Source: Antedon mediterranea
Lineage: Eukaryota; Animalia; Echinodermata
DNA length: 64,000 nt
Direction of reading: 5' to 3'
NCBI RefSeq assembly: GCF_964355755.1
Contig: NC_092670.1
Location: 23,670,795-23,734,794 of the forward strand
This document shows positions 53,001-64,000 of the stretch, in pieces. A program made the position numbers and the translations under genes. Below the pieces are notes generated by a model. It was not told where the DNA came from. It saw nothing but the letters and a program-made list of their open reading frames with translations, and did not search any database. The stretch's first letter is position 1, and each line of letters begins with the position of its first letter.

Positions 53001-56000
53001 CAAATAAACAAATAAATAATATATCAGTTAAGTACATTTTTACACATTTTTATGAAGTGCCAGTGTCTTCCTTTTTGCTGAATACCGTGCCAAAAATCGA
53101 TTTTATGTGATATGGAAATAAATCATTAACTCATCACTGACCTTGGCATGAAAATCCATCGCCATAAAATCCATCTGCGCATGTGCAAGTGTAACTTCCA
53201 ATTGTGTTTGTGCAAGTCGATCCAGTCTCTGCACAAGGACTTTTCAAGCATTCATTTATATCTGAAATATATATGTATAATTATTTAGAAAATGTGCTTT
53301 CAACATTTAATGGATAACACATGTTTAAAACACTTTATTATATCAGTAGTGACTGCTAATTTTCCAAAAGATAGGACGAAGAAATAAATACAACCCTAAT
53401 ATGAATTGTGTACACTTTCTTTGCATGATTTTTTTTTTCTGTTATTCATATTTTAGATTATGAAATTTATTATGATTTTCTCCAATGCATTTCTTTTCTT
53501 TTTTATTTTTAAGGCTCGCCCAACACAAGATGTTAAAAACATCTTTCAGGGCTTTTGCCTTCATTTTCTGATATACTTTATAATTCTGTACAATCCTGTT
53601 TCTTGTTTTCCTACTGTATGTATTCAGATTTTGTAAATAAATGTCTAAATGTCTATGTGCAGATACTGTGTATAAATTATGGTCTACCATTACCATCACG
53701 AAACGAAGTCTTGCTTATGTTTTTCAATCCAGTTTCAATGTGAACATGTTTAAAGTATTCAGATATGAACTTGATTACAAAAAAGAACTATACATGTAAT
53801 GAGGAAATTCATCCTTGTTCAATTGATGACAAAAACAGTCTATTTCGTGAGATCCCTACCTGTATAGACTCTACATATGCCATTATTCCCAATATGGACA
53901 CCCCTCGAAATGAAAATGGAATAGTCCAGGCGCCGTAGCGGGCCGTACAAATGTCTCTCACGCATGACATCGTCCTCATATTCCTTTCGCTTTCCATGGA
54001 AAGCGGACGTGTGACCTTGAAACCTTGAAGGATTCCCCTTCCTTCCAGTCCGAAGATTTATTTTCCGGTCTGTTCGCATCAAGGGAAGAGGCTTGGGCCC
54101 GCGAGCTAGAGGCGCGTCGCCAAACCAATTCTAAAGCATCTGGCGGCGTAAAGCGTCGTGACCGTCGCACTTCTCGCTCACAACGCTGGGCCACTAACCC
54201 TTACCAGGTGCCAAGCCATCCGAGGCCTCCTCCTCAGCCAAATTCCTCGTCTTCCATCCCACCTCTCATGGGACCTACTTACTCCCCCGGCCCTTTCGGG
54301 CCAGTTCCCACCCGGCCCCACATGCCTCCCGTGGAGGAGGGCGGCGTCGGGGTTGCCGTGGGAACCAGAAGTGACATTCCTGGGGATGGGCTCGGTTTTT
54401 CGGTAACCGAGCGGGTGGGGGGAAGATTAGGGATGTTCGCACATGTCTGGGAGTCCATGGGAGTAGACTCGTGGGTTGTAAGTACCCTGTACGCGGGTTA
54501 CAGGATAGAATTCACCTCTCTTCCGCATATGGGTCCACAGAGGCCAACTCAAATTCCTTCCTGCCCAATCAGGAAGAAGGCCTTATTCGAGGGAGTCAAA
54601 GAATTAATGCAGAAGGGAGCTATCTCACGAGTCCCTCTCACATCCCTTACAAAAGGCTACCTTTCTACACTATTTCTCACAGAAAAGGAATCGGGGGGTT
54701 GGCGTCCTATTCTCAACCTCCGAAGTTTAAATCAATTTATAATCCCGGTAAGGTTCAGAATGGACACGCTGGTCACGGTCCTACGTGGCCTGTGTCCCAG
54801 GGACTGGGCAGCATCTCTAGACTTAAAAGACGCCTATTTCCACGTTCCCATTTCCCCAGAGGAACGTCATTGGCTACGGTTTCTCCTGGACGGGGAACTA
54901 TACCAGTTCAGAGCCCTTCCGTTTGGCCTGTCCACTGCCCCACGGGTCTTCACTCGGGTAGTCAAGGCACTGGGGGAAGTTTTCCACTCAATGGGGGTAA
55001 GAATCTTCATGTACCTGGACGATTGGCTAATTCTCGCAAATTCCAAACAGGCCTCGTAAACCACGTCGGCCTTGTATTGAAGATCACAGAAGCCGCAGGT
55101 TTCATTATCAATTATCAAAAATCAGTTCTCACCCCGTCTCAGTCCCCACTGTTTCTTGGGGCCCGTCTAGATCTGATTCGGTCAATGGCGTTCCCATCAC
55201 AAGCTCGCATAGAAACCTGTCGGACAGCAATAAAACTCCTGTTGTCCCGACCATCATCCCCAGCCCTGATGTGGCTGAAAGTTCTGGGGTACCTTGCGAG
55301 TTTCGTAGATTTAGTTCCGGACTGCCGACTTCACATGCGTCCGATACACCTCCACCTCCTTTATCATTTTTCCCCTTCCACCAGAAACATTCTGGCCCAG
55401 GTCCCGCTAAATACATTCGTAGCTTCTCACTTTCATTGGTGGCTTCAACCAGGAGGGTTGGACGGAGGAAAACCTTTCTCCGATCCTATTCTGTCGGTGC
55501 GAGTCACCGTCGACGCCTCCCTCTCTGGGTGGGGCGGGCATGCGCCTTCCGAGCAGGTAGCGGGAACCTGGACCATGTTGCAATCAGCCCTCCACATAAA
55601 TGTCCTAGAACTTCTGGCAGTCTCAAATACTCTACACAGCCTGCTCCACTTGTGTCACGGGGGAGGCTGTTTTGGTACTGTCCGACAGCGCCACAGTGGT
55701 ATCTTACATCAACCGTCAGGGCGGGACGCACTCCCCAACCCTGTGTTGTTACACATGGCAGCTCCTGAACTGGTGCCACCAGCAGGGGATCCACCTAAAA
55801 CCAATTCACATTCCCGGCAAACTCAACACGATTGCCGATGCCCTCTCCCGTCTCCCGTCGCAAGGGATCTGTCCTTCCGACCGAGTGGATGTTATCGACA
55901 GCCGTCGTCCAACAGATCTTCAACACGTTTGGACGACCTCTCATCGACCTGTTTGCGACGAGCCGGAATACTCAACTTCCGATTTTTTGCTCCCGGTACT

Positions 56001-59000
56001 CAGAAGCCACGGCCTGGGCCACCGACGCCCTGTCAATTTCATGGAACGGGATGTGGGCGTATGCCTTTCCGCCTCTTTCCCTCCTCCCTCTGGTCATAGC
56101 TCGCATTCGCCGCCATCAATGCAAAATCCTCCTGGTAGCTCCATAGTGGCCTCGCCAAACATAGTTTCCATCAATGCTGAGTCTGCTTTATTCTCAGCCC
56201 AGGACCCTGCCAATTCGGCCCGACCTTTTAGTTCAATCCCGGGCCCGGCTGGGCCTTCACAACCTGCAATCCCTGACGCTGACTGCCTGGCCCTTGTCAG
56301 GAATCGCCTCAGAAGTGCAGGAATTCCAGACGGGCCTGCCTTGTTGGCAGCCCAGTCTCGACGGGAGTCGACAAGAACACTATACAACAGCCGCCTTAAG
56401 CGTTTTTATCGATGGTGTGCCGGTTATAAAATCGATCCTCATTCCGCCTCTCTAGGCGAAGTCTCCCGGTTTCTTCATGACCTATTTGAGTCGGGACTCG
56501 AGGTCAGAACCATAGCGGGGTACCGGTCAGCTATTACAGTAGTATTACCGAGGTTCCCCGACGGATCGTCAGTATCCTCCTCTTTAGAACTATCGATGCT
56601 GATAAGAGGAATGTTTAATATTCGACGTCCCGTGCGGTCTTTGCTTCCCCGGTGGGACTTAAACTCGGTCCTTGAGGCCCCTACAAAACCGCCATACGAA
56701 CCCCTTGGTTCAGCATCTCTGCTCGATGTTTCTATTAAGACTGCGTTTCTAGTAGCCGCAGCGTCATGTAAGCATAAGGGTGAGATTCACGCACTTTCCT
56801 TAGACCCTGGCCATATTCGGTTTGAGAACAACGGTGTTCGTCTCACTTTCCGAGCAGGGTTCTTAGCAAAGACCCAAACCCTGAACCACTCTCCACCAAC
56901 CATTTTTATTTCTAAAATTTCCTCGCACTCCTCTGTGCGAGAAGACAGGCTTTGGTGCCCAGTGCGTGCGATACAAATATATGTTAATCGCACGCAACAT
57001 TTACGAAACGGAATGTCACATCTGTTTGTGACGACAATAAAACCCCATGGCCTCGCCTCTAAGGATACGATGGCCCGTTGGGTCGTTTCCGCCATCAAGT
57101 CAGCGTATGCATCTTCACGCTTGCCGCCGCCAGCTCATATGCACGATGTGCGCGGCTTAGTGGCTTCATGGGCGTTATTTCGGGGTGTGCCCGTTTCGGA
57201 TATTTTAGCGGCGGCATGGTGGAGAGCTCAGACCAATTTTTCATCGTGCTACCTTCAGGACGTTGTCTCGTCCCAGGCGACCGTAGCGTCGGCAATTTGT
57301 CGGCCTTCTAAGTAGGGTAAGTTTGGTTTTAATCATAATCACGCCCTCCTCCTGATGCCGGGGCTACTCTGGCATATGTAGAGTCTATACAGGTAGGGAT
57401 CTCACGAAATAGACTACACAAACCAACAGTGGGGTTGGTAGTCTATGAGTGACATACCTACCTGTATAGCAATCCCTCCCGCCTCCCCTCGCCGTGATCA
57501 CGTGGATCTCGGAAAATGAGGACGATGTCATGCGTGAGAGACGTTTGTACGGCCCGCTACGGCGCCTGGACTATTCCATTTTCCTTTCGAGGGGTGTCCA
57601 TATTGGGAATAATGGCATATGTAGAGTCTATACAGGTAGGTATCTCACTCATAGACTACCAACACCACTGTTGGTTTGTGTAATCTGGAATCTGTTTCAA
57701 ACCCATGGCCGAATATAATCTGGAGAATATCAATGAATGACAGAGAGAAACTGCACTACATAAGAATTTAACAAAATAGAAAGGAATTACCGTTACAAAC
57801 GAATGTTTCCAAGGTGTAGCCCTTTGGGCATGTGCAAGTGTATCCACCTTTAGTGTTCTGACATTCAGCAATATCATCACATTCATCAGTACCTCTTGCG
57901 CACTCGTCAATATCTGAAAAAATACAGTACAGTGAGTATAAGATTCATTCTTTATTCAAATTTTGAAAAACATTTAGATCTAAATTCTATTTTATTGAAG
58001 ATTGTAATTTAAAAATATAACTTATATGCAGGCTGATTATGTTGAGGCTTTGGTTTCGTCTAAAGTATGATAATATGGGAACGCCTTACCTTGGCAACCT
58101 CTTGGAATATTTCCAATATACATGCCATCAATACATGTTACTTCGGAAGAAGATGTCCTTGGCATTAACTCAAAGCCCTTTATTTCACATGTGAACTCCA
58201 CAACAGTAGAATGCATAAAAGTTCCACTAATATCAACACCATCAATTTCTAAGATGTGACAGTTGGCTGAAAGCAAAAATGATTATCATAAGCTTTGCCC
58301 TTCTCAATCCAACTAAGACATGGCCTAGATGGTGAAATACTTTGTGTGTTTAGTCGCGTGGACGCGACTCTATAGTTCACTATGTCGGTCGGTCGGTCTG
58401 TCGGTCTGTCGGTCTGTCTGTCGGTCCGGTATCACTATGCGTTTTAGCACGCGACTTATGGCTGTTGGCCTTGTTTAGTACAAGTTGTGAGAGCCATTTT
58501 AATCATAAATGTTCAGAAATGATTTGATTTCTTTGAATCATATTATCACCTACCATAACATTCAGGGAAGGCAAATGTTCCATTTGTGCATGAGCTAGAA
58601 TTGGAGCCAACCAAAAAATATCCGTTGGAACAGGTAAATTTTATAAATTCACCACGTTGATAATTGCACTTGTCTCTCTGTAAAATTACTTTATCTGGCG
58701 TTTCCAATGAAATTATCGTACATAATTCTGAAAAATGTAAACACTTTTATTAGGAAGAGGCATTTAGACGGCTGAATAAAGTACAGTAGTACTGCAAACT
58801 GTTGCCCAGCTATTTCAATTTATTTACAGTTAGAATTATCTTTTATTCTTTTTTATGTCATCATATATTCATTCACGGCAGCCATAGTGCAGCTAGTGCG
58901 GCCTATCCGAGAAGACTTGTCCTACCACCAACGATCAAGGAGAACGTGTGTTGATGTTATGATTTTATTTACAACGTCTCTCCCTTAACAACTCGGCAAC

Positions 59001-62000
59001 TCGACTCGACTTATATTAGAAATGTGTAGGTTGTGAGATGTTAAGAGGTGTGATTTTTTGGCCTCCTCTAGAGTAGTTCCACATGAATACGTACCAGAAC
59101 ATAATGTTGGATCTTCATCAGCATTGCCCAAACAGTCATTTGGATAATTATCGCATACAAAGCATTCATTAATACAAAAACTATTTGGACATCGGAATTC
59201 ATCTGGTAAACAAGCTCCTATAATGAAAATAATAGAATTAATCAAACTTTTGCATATAACTTTAACCTCAACATGGTATTTGGTAACATTGTCCTTATAT
59301 CTTGAATATTCAAACCAAGGATAACAAGCTCTTGACTGTTTTTTTAACGAGTTTTTGGAAGGATGTGAAGTTGAGATTGCCTTAACCTTTTACTTTACTG
59401 TTTTCTTTATCATGATAATTTAAACAATAACTATACATACCGTCTACATAGATCGATGAAGTGTCAACTGATAACATACTTCCCGGTAATGCACCTCCAT
59501 TATCATCAATTGCAGTAATAATTCTACTTTGAAGTTGATCAGGTGACACGAAACTTTCAAATTGCATATTTGCAATAATACTACCAGAAGTAAAGCTTGA
59601 CACTGAACACGAACCCACTTCTTCAGTTGTAAAGACAGTAAACATCTGCAATGAAAAAAAAAAAAATATCTCACTATTATTATATAAAATATTGAACTTT
59701 AATTGATTCACCAGCTATAACTGACTGAATAAAGCGTCATTCTTTTCTAAGTTTTATTTGACAATACTCATATCTCAGAAAATTAATTGCTATCTCATAT
59801 TGATATATTCATGGAAAAAATCACTGCTGTAGTAACTTACACTCATACAGATTTCTTGTTGCAAATCCATAAACTGTTCTGAGGTTGAATCTAACAGTTC
59901 TGGCGTTAAAACAGCATCAGTATTACCATCTAAACTGGTAATAGGAAGTTGAAAATCTACCAATGGTGCAGTTGTCACTCTTTTGCTGGGAGTAGTTGGC
60001 TTAACTGTTGCAGTTGTCTCATATACATGTGGAGTAGATGGTCTAACTGGGGCAGTTGTTTCATATGCATGTGGAGCAGTTGGCATAATTTGTGCAGTTG
60101 TTGTCACCGCACTAGTTGTAACATCTAATGTTGTAACATCATTTACTGTTGTCAAATCTCTTGATGTAGTTGCATCTTCAGTTGTTGTCACCGCACCAGT
60201 TGTAACATCTAATGTTGTAACATCATTTACTGTTGTCAAATCTCTTGATGTAGTTGCATCTGTAGTTGTTGTCATCGCACCAGTTGTCACCACACCAGTT
60301 GTTGTAACATGTACGGTTGTAACATCATTTACTGTTGTCAAATCTCTTGATGTAGTTGCATCTGTAGTTGTTGTCATCGCACCAGTTGTCACCACACCAG
60401 TTGTTGTAACATGTACGGTTGTAACATCATTTACTGTTGTCAAATATCTTGATGTAGTTGCATCTGTAGTTGTTATTATCGCACCAGTTGTTGTAACATC
60501 TACTGTCGTAACATCAATCACTGTTGTAAAATCTCTTGATGTTGTTGCATCTTCAGTTGTTGTCACCACACCAGTTGTTGTAATATCAACTGTTGTAACA
60601 TCATTCACTGTTGTCAAATCTCTTGATGTAGTTGCATCTGTAGTTGTTGTCATCGCACCAGTTGTCACCACACCAGTTGTTGTAACATGTACGGTTGTAA
60701 CATCATTTACTGTTGTCAAATCTCTTGATGTAGTTGCATCTGCAGTTGTTGTTATCGCACCAGTTGTTGTAACATCTACTGTTCTAACCTCATTTACTGT
60801 TGTTAAATCTCTTGATGTAGTTGCATCTGCAGTTGTTGTCATCGCACCAGTTGTCACCACACCAGTTGTTGTAACATGTACGGTTGTAACATCATTTACT
60901 GTTGTCAAATCTCTTGATGTAGTTGCATCTGCAGTTTTTGTTATCGCACCAGTTGTTGTAACATCTACTGTTGTAACATCATTTATTGTTGTCAAATCTC
61001 TTGATGTTGTTGCACCTTCAGTTGTCACCGCGCCAGTTGTAACATCTAATGTTGTAACATCATTTACTGTTGTCAAATCTCTTGATGTTGTTGCATCTTC
61101 AGTTGTTGTCACCGCACCAGTTGTAACATCTAATGTTGTAACATCATTTACTGTTGTCAAATCTCTTGATGTAGTTGCATCTTCAGTTGTTGTCACCACA
61201 CCAGTTGTTGTAACATCTACTGTTGAAATATCATTTACTGTTCTCAAATCTCTTGATGTAGTTGCATCTGCAGTTGTTGTCATCGCACCAGTTGTCACCA
61301 CACCAGTTGTTGTAACATGTACGGTTGTAACATCATTTACTGTTGTCAAATATCTTGATGTAGTTGCATCTGCAGTTGTTGTTATCGCACCAGTTGTTGT
61401 AACATCTACTGTCGTAACATCAGTCACTGTTGTAAAGTCTCTTGATGTTGTTGCATCTTCAGTTGTTGTCACCGCACCAGTTGTTGTAATATCAACTGTT
61501 GTTACATCATTCACTGTTGTCAAATCTCTTGATGTAGTTGCATCTGCAGTTGTTGTTATCACACCAGTTGTAAAATCTACTGTTCTAACCTCATTTACTG
61601 TTGTTAAATCTCTTGATGTAGTTGCATCTGCAGTTGTTGTCATCGCACCAGTTGTCACCACACCAGTTTTTGTAACATGTACGGTTGTAACATCATTTAC
61701 TGTTGTCAAATCTCTTGATGTAGTTGCATCTGCAGTTGTTACCGCACCAGTTGTTGTAACATCTACTGTTGTAACATCATTTACTGTTTTCAAATCTCTT
61801 GATGTAGTTGCATCTGCAGTTTTTGTTATCGCACCAGTTGTTATAACATCTACTGTTGTAACATCATTTATTGTTGTCAAATCTCTTGATGTTGTTGCAC
61901 CTTCAGTTGTCACCGCGCCAGTTGTAACATCTAATGTTGTAACATCATTTACTGTTGTCAAATCTCTTGATGTAGTTGCATCTTCAGTTGTTGTCACCAC

Positions 62001-64000
62001 ACCAGTTGTTGTAACATCTACTGTTGTAATATCATTTACTATTGTCAAATCTCTTGATGTAGTTGCATCTGCAGTTGTTGTAACACCTTCTGTTGTCGCA
62101 TCATTTACGGCTGTAAACTCTATTGATGTTGTTATTTCTTCAGTAGTCACCAAACCAGTTGTCACCACACTAGTTTCTGTCATCGCACCAGTTGTTGTAA
62201 CATCTACTGTTGTCGCATCATTTATTGTTGTCAATTCTCTTGAAGTTGTTGCATCTTCAGTTGTCACCATACCAGTTATTGTCACAACACCAGTTGTTAC
62301 CGCACCAGTTGTTGTAACATCTACAGTTGTCACATCATTTACTGTTGTCAAATCTCTTGATGTTGTTGTATCTTCAGTTGTCAACGGACCAGTTGTTGTA
62401 ACACCTTCTGTTGTCGCATCATTTACGGTTGTAAACTCTATTGATGTTGTTGTATCCCGAGTTGTCACCACACCAGTTGTTGTAACACCTTCTGTTGTAA
62501 CATCATTTACGGTTGTCAACTCTATTGATGTTGTTGTATCTTCAGTTGTCAACGGACCAGTTGTTGTAACACCTTCTGTTGTCGCATCATTTACGGTTGT
62601 AAACTCTATTGATGTTGTTATTTCTTCAGTTGTCACCGAACCAGTTGTCACCACACTAGTTGCTGTCATCGCACCAGTTGTTGTAACATCTACTGTTGTC
62701 AAATCCCTTGATGTTGTTGCATCTTCAGTTTTCACCACATCAATTGTTGTCACCGCACCAGTTGTTTTAACAGCTAATGTTGTAACATCATTTATTGTTG
62801 TCAAATCTCTTGATGTTGTTGTATCTTCAGTTGTTGTCACCACACCAGTTGTCATAGCAGCAGTTGTTGTAACATCTACTGTTGAGGCATTATTTACTGT
62901 TGTCAAATCTCTTGAAGTTGTTGCATCTTTAGTTGTCACCATACCAGTTGTCACAACACCAGTTGTTACCGCACCAGTTGTTGTAACATAATTTATTGTT
63001 GTCAAATCTCTTGATGTTGTTGCACCTTCAGTTGTTGTCACCACACCAGTTGGCACTGCATCAGTTGTTGTTACATCAACTGTTGACGCATCATTTAGAG
63101 TTGTCAAATCTCTTGAAGTTGTTGTATCTTCAATTGTCACAACACCAGTTGTTACCGCACCAGTTGTTGTAACACCTTCTGTTTTAACATCATTTACGGT
63201 TGTCAACTCTATTGATGTTGTATCTTCAGTTGTCAACGGACCAGTTGTTTTAACACCTTCTTTTGTCGCATCATTTACGGTTGTAAACTCTATTGATGTT
63301 GTTGTATTCTGAATTGTCACCACACCAGTTGTTGTAACACCTTCTGTTGTAACATCATTTACGGTTGTCAACTCTATTGATGTTGTTGTATCTTCAGTTG
63401 TCACCGGACCAGTTGTTGTCACAACACCAGTTGTTACCGCACCAGTTGTTGCAACACCTTCTGTTGTAACCTCACTTACGGTTGTCAACTCTATTGATGT
63501 TGTTGTATCTTCAATTGTCACCGGACCAGTTGTTGTAACACCTTCTGTTGTCGCATCATTTACGGTTGTAAACTCTATTGATGTTGTTGTATCCTGAGTT
63601 GTCACCACACCAGTTGTTGTAACACCTTCTGTTGTAACATCATTTACGGTTGTCAACTCTATTGATGTTGTATCTTCAGTTGTCACCGGACCAGTTGTTG
63701 TCACAACACCAGTTGTTACCGCACCAGTTGTTGCAACACCTTCTGTTGTAACATCATTTACGGTTGTCAACTCTATTGATGCTGTTGTATCTTCAATTGT
63801 CACCGGACCAGTTGTTGTAACACCTTCTGTTGTCGCATCATTTACGGTTGTAAACTCTATTGATGTTGTTGTATCCTGAGTTGTCACCACACCAGTTGTT
63901 GTAACACCTTCTGTTGTAACATCATTTACGGTTGTCAACTCTATTGATGTTGTATCTGCAGTTGTTACCGCACCAGTTGTTGCAACACCTTCTGTTGTAA
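41012..64000 (-). CDS. Giant transmembrane mucin (MUC4/SUSD2-like NIDO-AMOP-VWD mucin with SEA, LDLa, Sushi and EGF modules); the 5' end lies beyond the window
   Basis: More than 30 phase-compatible exons traced: >64000-59841, 59645-59441, 59217-59095, 58727-58554, 58266-58090, 57913-57791, 53261-53142, 52780-52638, 52468-52301, 52153-51986, 51627-51129, 50927-50745, 50618-50499, 50373-50171, 49741-49654, 49487-49302, 49035-48922, 48616-48356, 48087-47902, 47788-47604, 47492-47312, 47194-47072, 46945-46823, 46528-46406, 46257-46015, 45792-45670, 45340-45218, 45074-44709, 44578-44454, 44225-44006, 43891-43772, 42201-41993, 41587-41528, 41053-41012 (last exon tentative). Confidence 0.88.
41993..45074 (-). 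CDS. Mucin exons: second short PTS exon, SEA domain 2 (FSAGSII), EGF and transmembrane helix
   Basis: SRDL-type Thr repeats at 45074-44709; SEA split over 44578-44454 and 44225-44006; EGF at 43891-43772; [26 protein letters not shown] followed by the basic stop-transfer KHRQRK. Confidence 0.85.
42793..43705. mobile_element. PIF/Harbinger-type MITE in a mucin intron
   Basis: Perfect 28-bp TIR CGCCCGTATTCTTAAACCGGACTTTAGT, TAA target duplication, internal CGACTAAA repeats. Confidence 0.88.
45218..47788 (-). CDS. Mucin exons: run of EGF and Ca-binding EGF modules
   Basis: Repeated D(I/Y)(D/N)EC...C..C.N..G.(Y/F).C.C..G(Y/F) exons, mostly 123 nt and phase 1. Confidence 0.88.
48356..52780 (-). 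CDS. Mucin exons: NIDO, AMOP and VWD domains
   Basis: [44 protein letters not shown] (NIDO); [19 protein letters not shown] (AMOP); [31 protein letters not shown] (VWD). Confidence 0.88.
48737..48857. repeat. 58-bp tandem duplication in a mucin intron
   Basis: GGGTTATTACTGTTTAACCATCTACATTAATATTAATAACTTTAATAAC occurs at 48751 and at 48809. Confidence 0.9.
49075..49190 (+). mobile_element. Possible 3' tail of a SINE (L2-associated type)
   Basis: AGAGCGCC...GGCGCTATACAAAT followed by a short ATT-type tail resembles L2/MIR-like SINE ends. No head was identified. Confidence 0.3.
52968..53017. repeat. (AAAC)n/(AAAT)n microsatellite
   Basis: Direct reading. Confidence 0.9.
53837..53984 (+). repeat. 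DIRS left inverted terminal repeat
   Basis: Reverse complement of 57511-57657 with a few mismatches. Confidence 0.93.
54025..56310 (+). pseudogene. DIRS gag remnant plus pol (RT, RNase H, methyltransferase-like), disrupted
   Basis: VGGRL..F...[33 protein letters not shown] (RT); [37 protein letters not shown] (RH); IDLFAT, YAFPP (MT). Frameshifts near 55050, 55660 and 55850; two TAG stops near 56144-56164. Confidence 0.92.
56290..57315 (+). pseudogene. DIRS tyrosine recombinase (open frame, first catalytic Arg apparently lost)
   Basis: [34 protein letters not shown] (HxxR), AAWW, terminal CYL. The usual RRxGE motif reads KHKGE. Confidence 0.85.
57370..57469 (+). repeat. DIRS internal complementary region (ICR)
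   Basis: The first half is the reverse complement of the start of the left ITR (AGTCTATTTCGTGAGATCCC...). The second half is the reverse complement of the right-terminal extension (...CTGTTGGTTTGTGTA). Confidence 0.93.
57511..57682 (+). repeat. DIRS right ITR plus right extension
   Basis: Inverted copy of the left ITR, then ACCAACACCACTGTTGGTTTGTGTA, which is complementary to the ICR. Confidence 0.92.
57791..58727 (-). CDS. Mucin exons: two Sushi/CCP modules and one Ca-binding EGF
   Basis: [23 protein letters not shown]; [20 protein letters not shown]; DIDEC..C..C.NT.GGYTC.C..GY. All are phase-1 exons. Confidence 0.8.
58349..58476. mobile_element. Helentron/DINE-1-like non-autonomous element
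   Basis: Located in a T-run. 5' hairpin AGTCGCGTGGACGCGACT, GTCG/GTCT microsatellite, 3' inverted copy CACGCGACT and a small terminal hairpin GGCTGTTGGCC. This is the HINE/DINE layout. Confidence 0.65.
59095..59645 (-). CDS. Mucin exons: SEA domain 1 (FTSGSII) and LDL-receptor class A module
   Basis: GSII cleavage-type motif; [24 protein letters not shown] is an LDLa pattern. Confidence 0.8.
59841..64000 (-). CDS. Mucin exon: >1380-aa Thr-rich tandem-repeat (PTS) domain plus start of SEA domain 1
   Basis: Open frame of [21 protein letters not shown] and [24 protein letters not shown] repeats, ending ...QQEICMS|gtaagt. Confidence 0.9.

Larger units (their letters stand above)
53837..57682 (+). 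mobile_element. DIRS1-type tyrosine-recombinase retrotransposon, decayed and gag-deleted, antisense in a mucin intron
   Basis: GC-rich island with RT, RNase H, adenine-methyltransferase-like and YR coding remnants. Left ITR 53837-53984, right ITR 57511-57657 with an extension to 57682, and an internal complementary region at 57370-57469. Confidence 0.95.

Noticed and set aside
54471-56099. 542-aa ORF as an independent gene
   Set aside because: Only its central part is the frameshifted RT/RNase H continuation. The flanks are off-frame DIRS sequence.
59983-62991. 1002-aa Val-rich ORF on the + strand (also 44735-45196)
   Set aside because: It is the antisense shadow of ACA/ACT Thr-codon repeats, which lack stops in that frame. 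It has no independent protein features.

Overview
AT-rich eukaryotic genomic DNA from an invertebrate animal. The gene set, repeat types and abundant TAGGCCTA motif suggest a marine deuterostome such as an echinoderm (inference). Three host genes are supported. (1) An intronless CYP1-family P450 (+, 13365-14894) with a TATA/Inr promoter and about 12 AhR-type XRE motifs spread over the upstream 11 kb. (2) A 4-coding-exon TARP/CACNG (stargazin-like) tetraspan gene (-, 38553-29849) ending in a PDZ ligand. (3) The 3' part of a giant transmembrane mucin (-, >64000 to about 41012) with the order Thr-rich PTS, SEA, LDLa, 2 Sushi, EGF, NIDO, AMOP, VWD, EGFs, PTS, SEA, EGF, TM. Mobile DNA includes a gag-deleted, decayed DIRS1 tyrosine-recombinase retrotransposon with intact ITRs and ICR (53837-57682), Kolobok-type TTAA elements, Harbinger MITEs, a Helentron/DINE-like element and ultra-short P/Galileo-like hairpin insertions. 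A 3.2-kb array of alternating palindromes (about 24780-27960) lies next to an orphan housekeeping-type promoter. All exon boundaries and counts were read by eye. No database searches were run.
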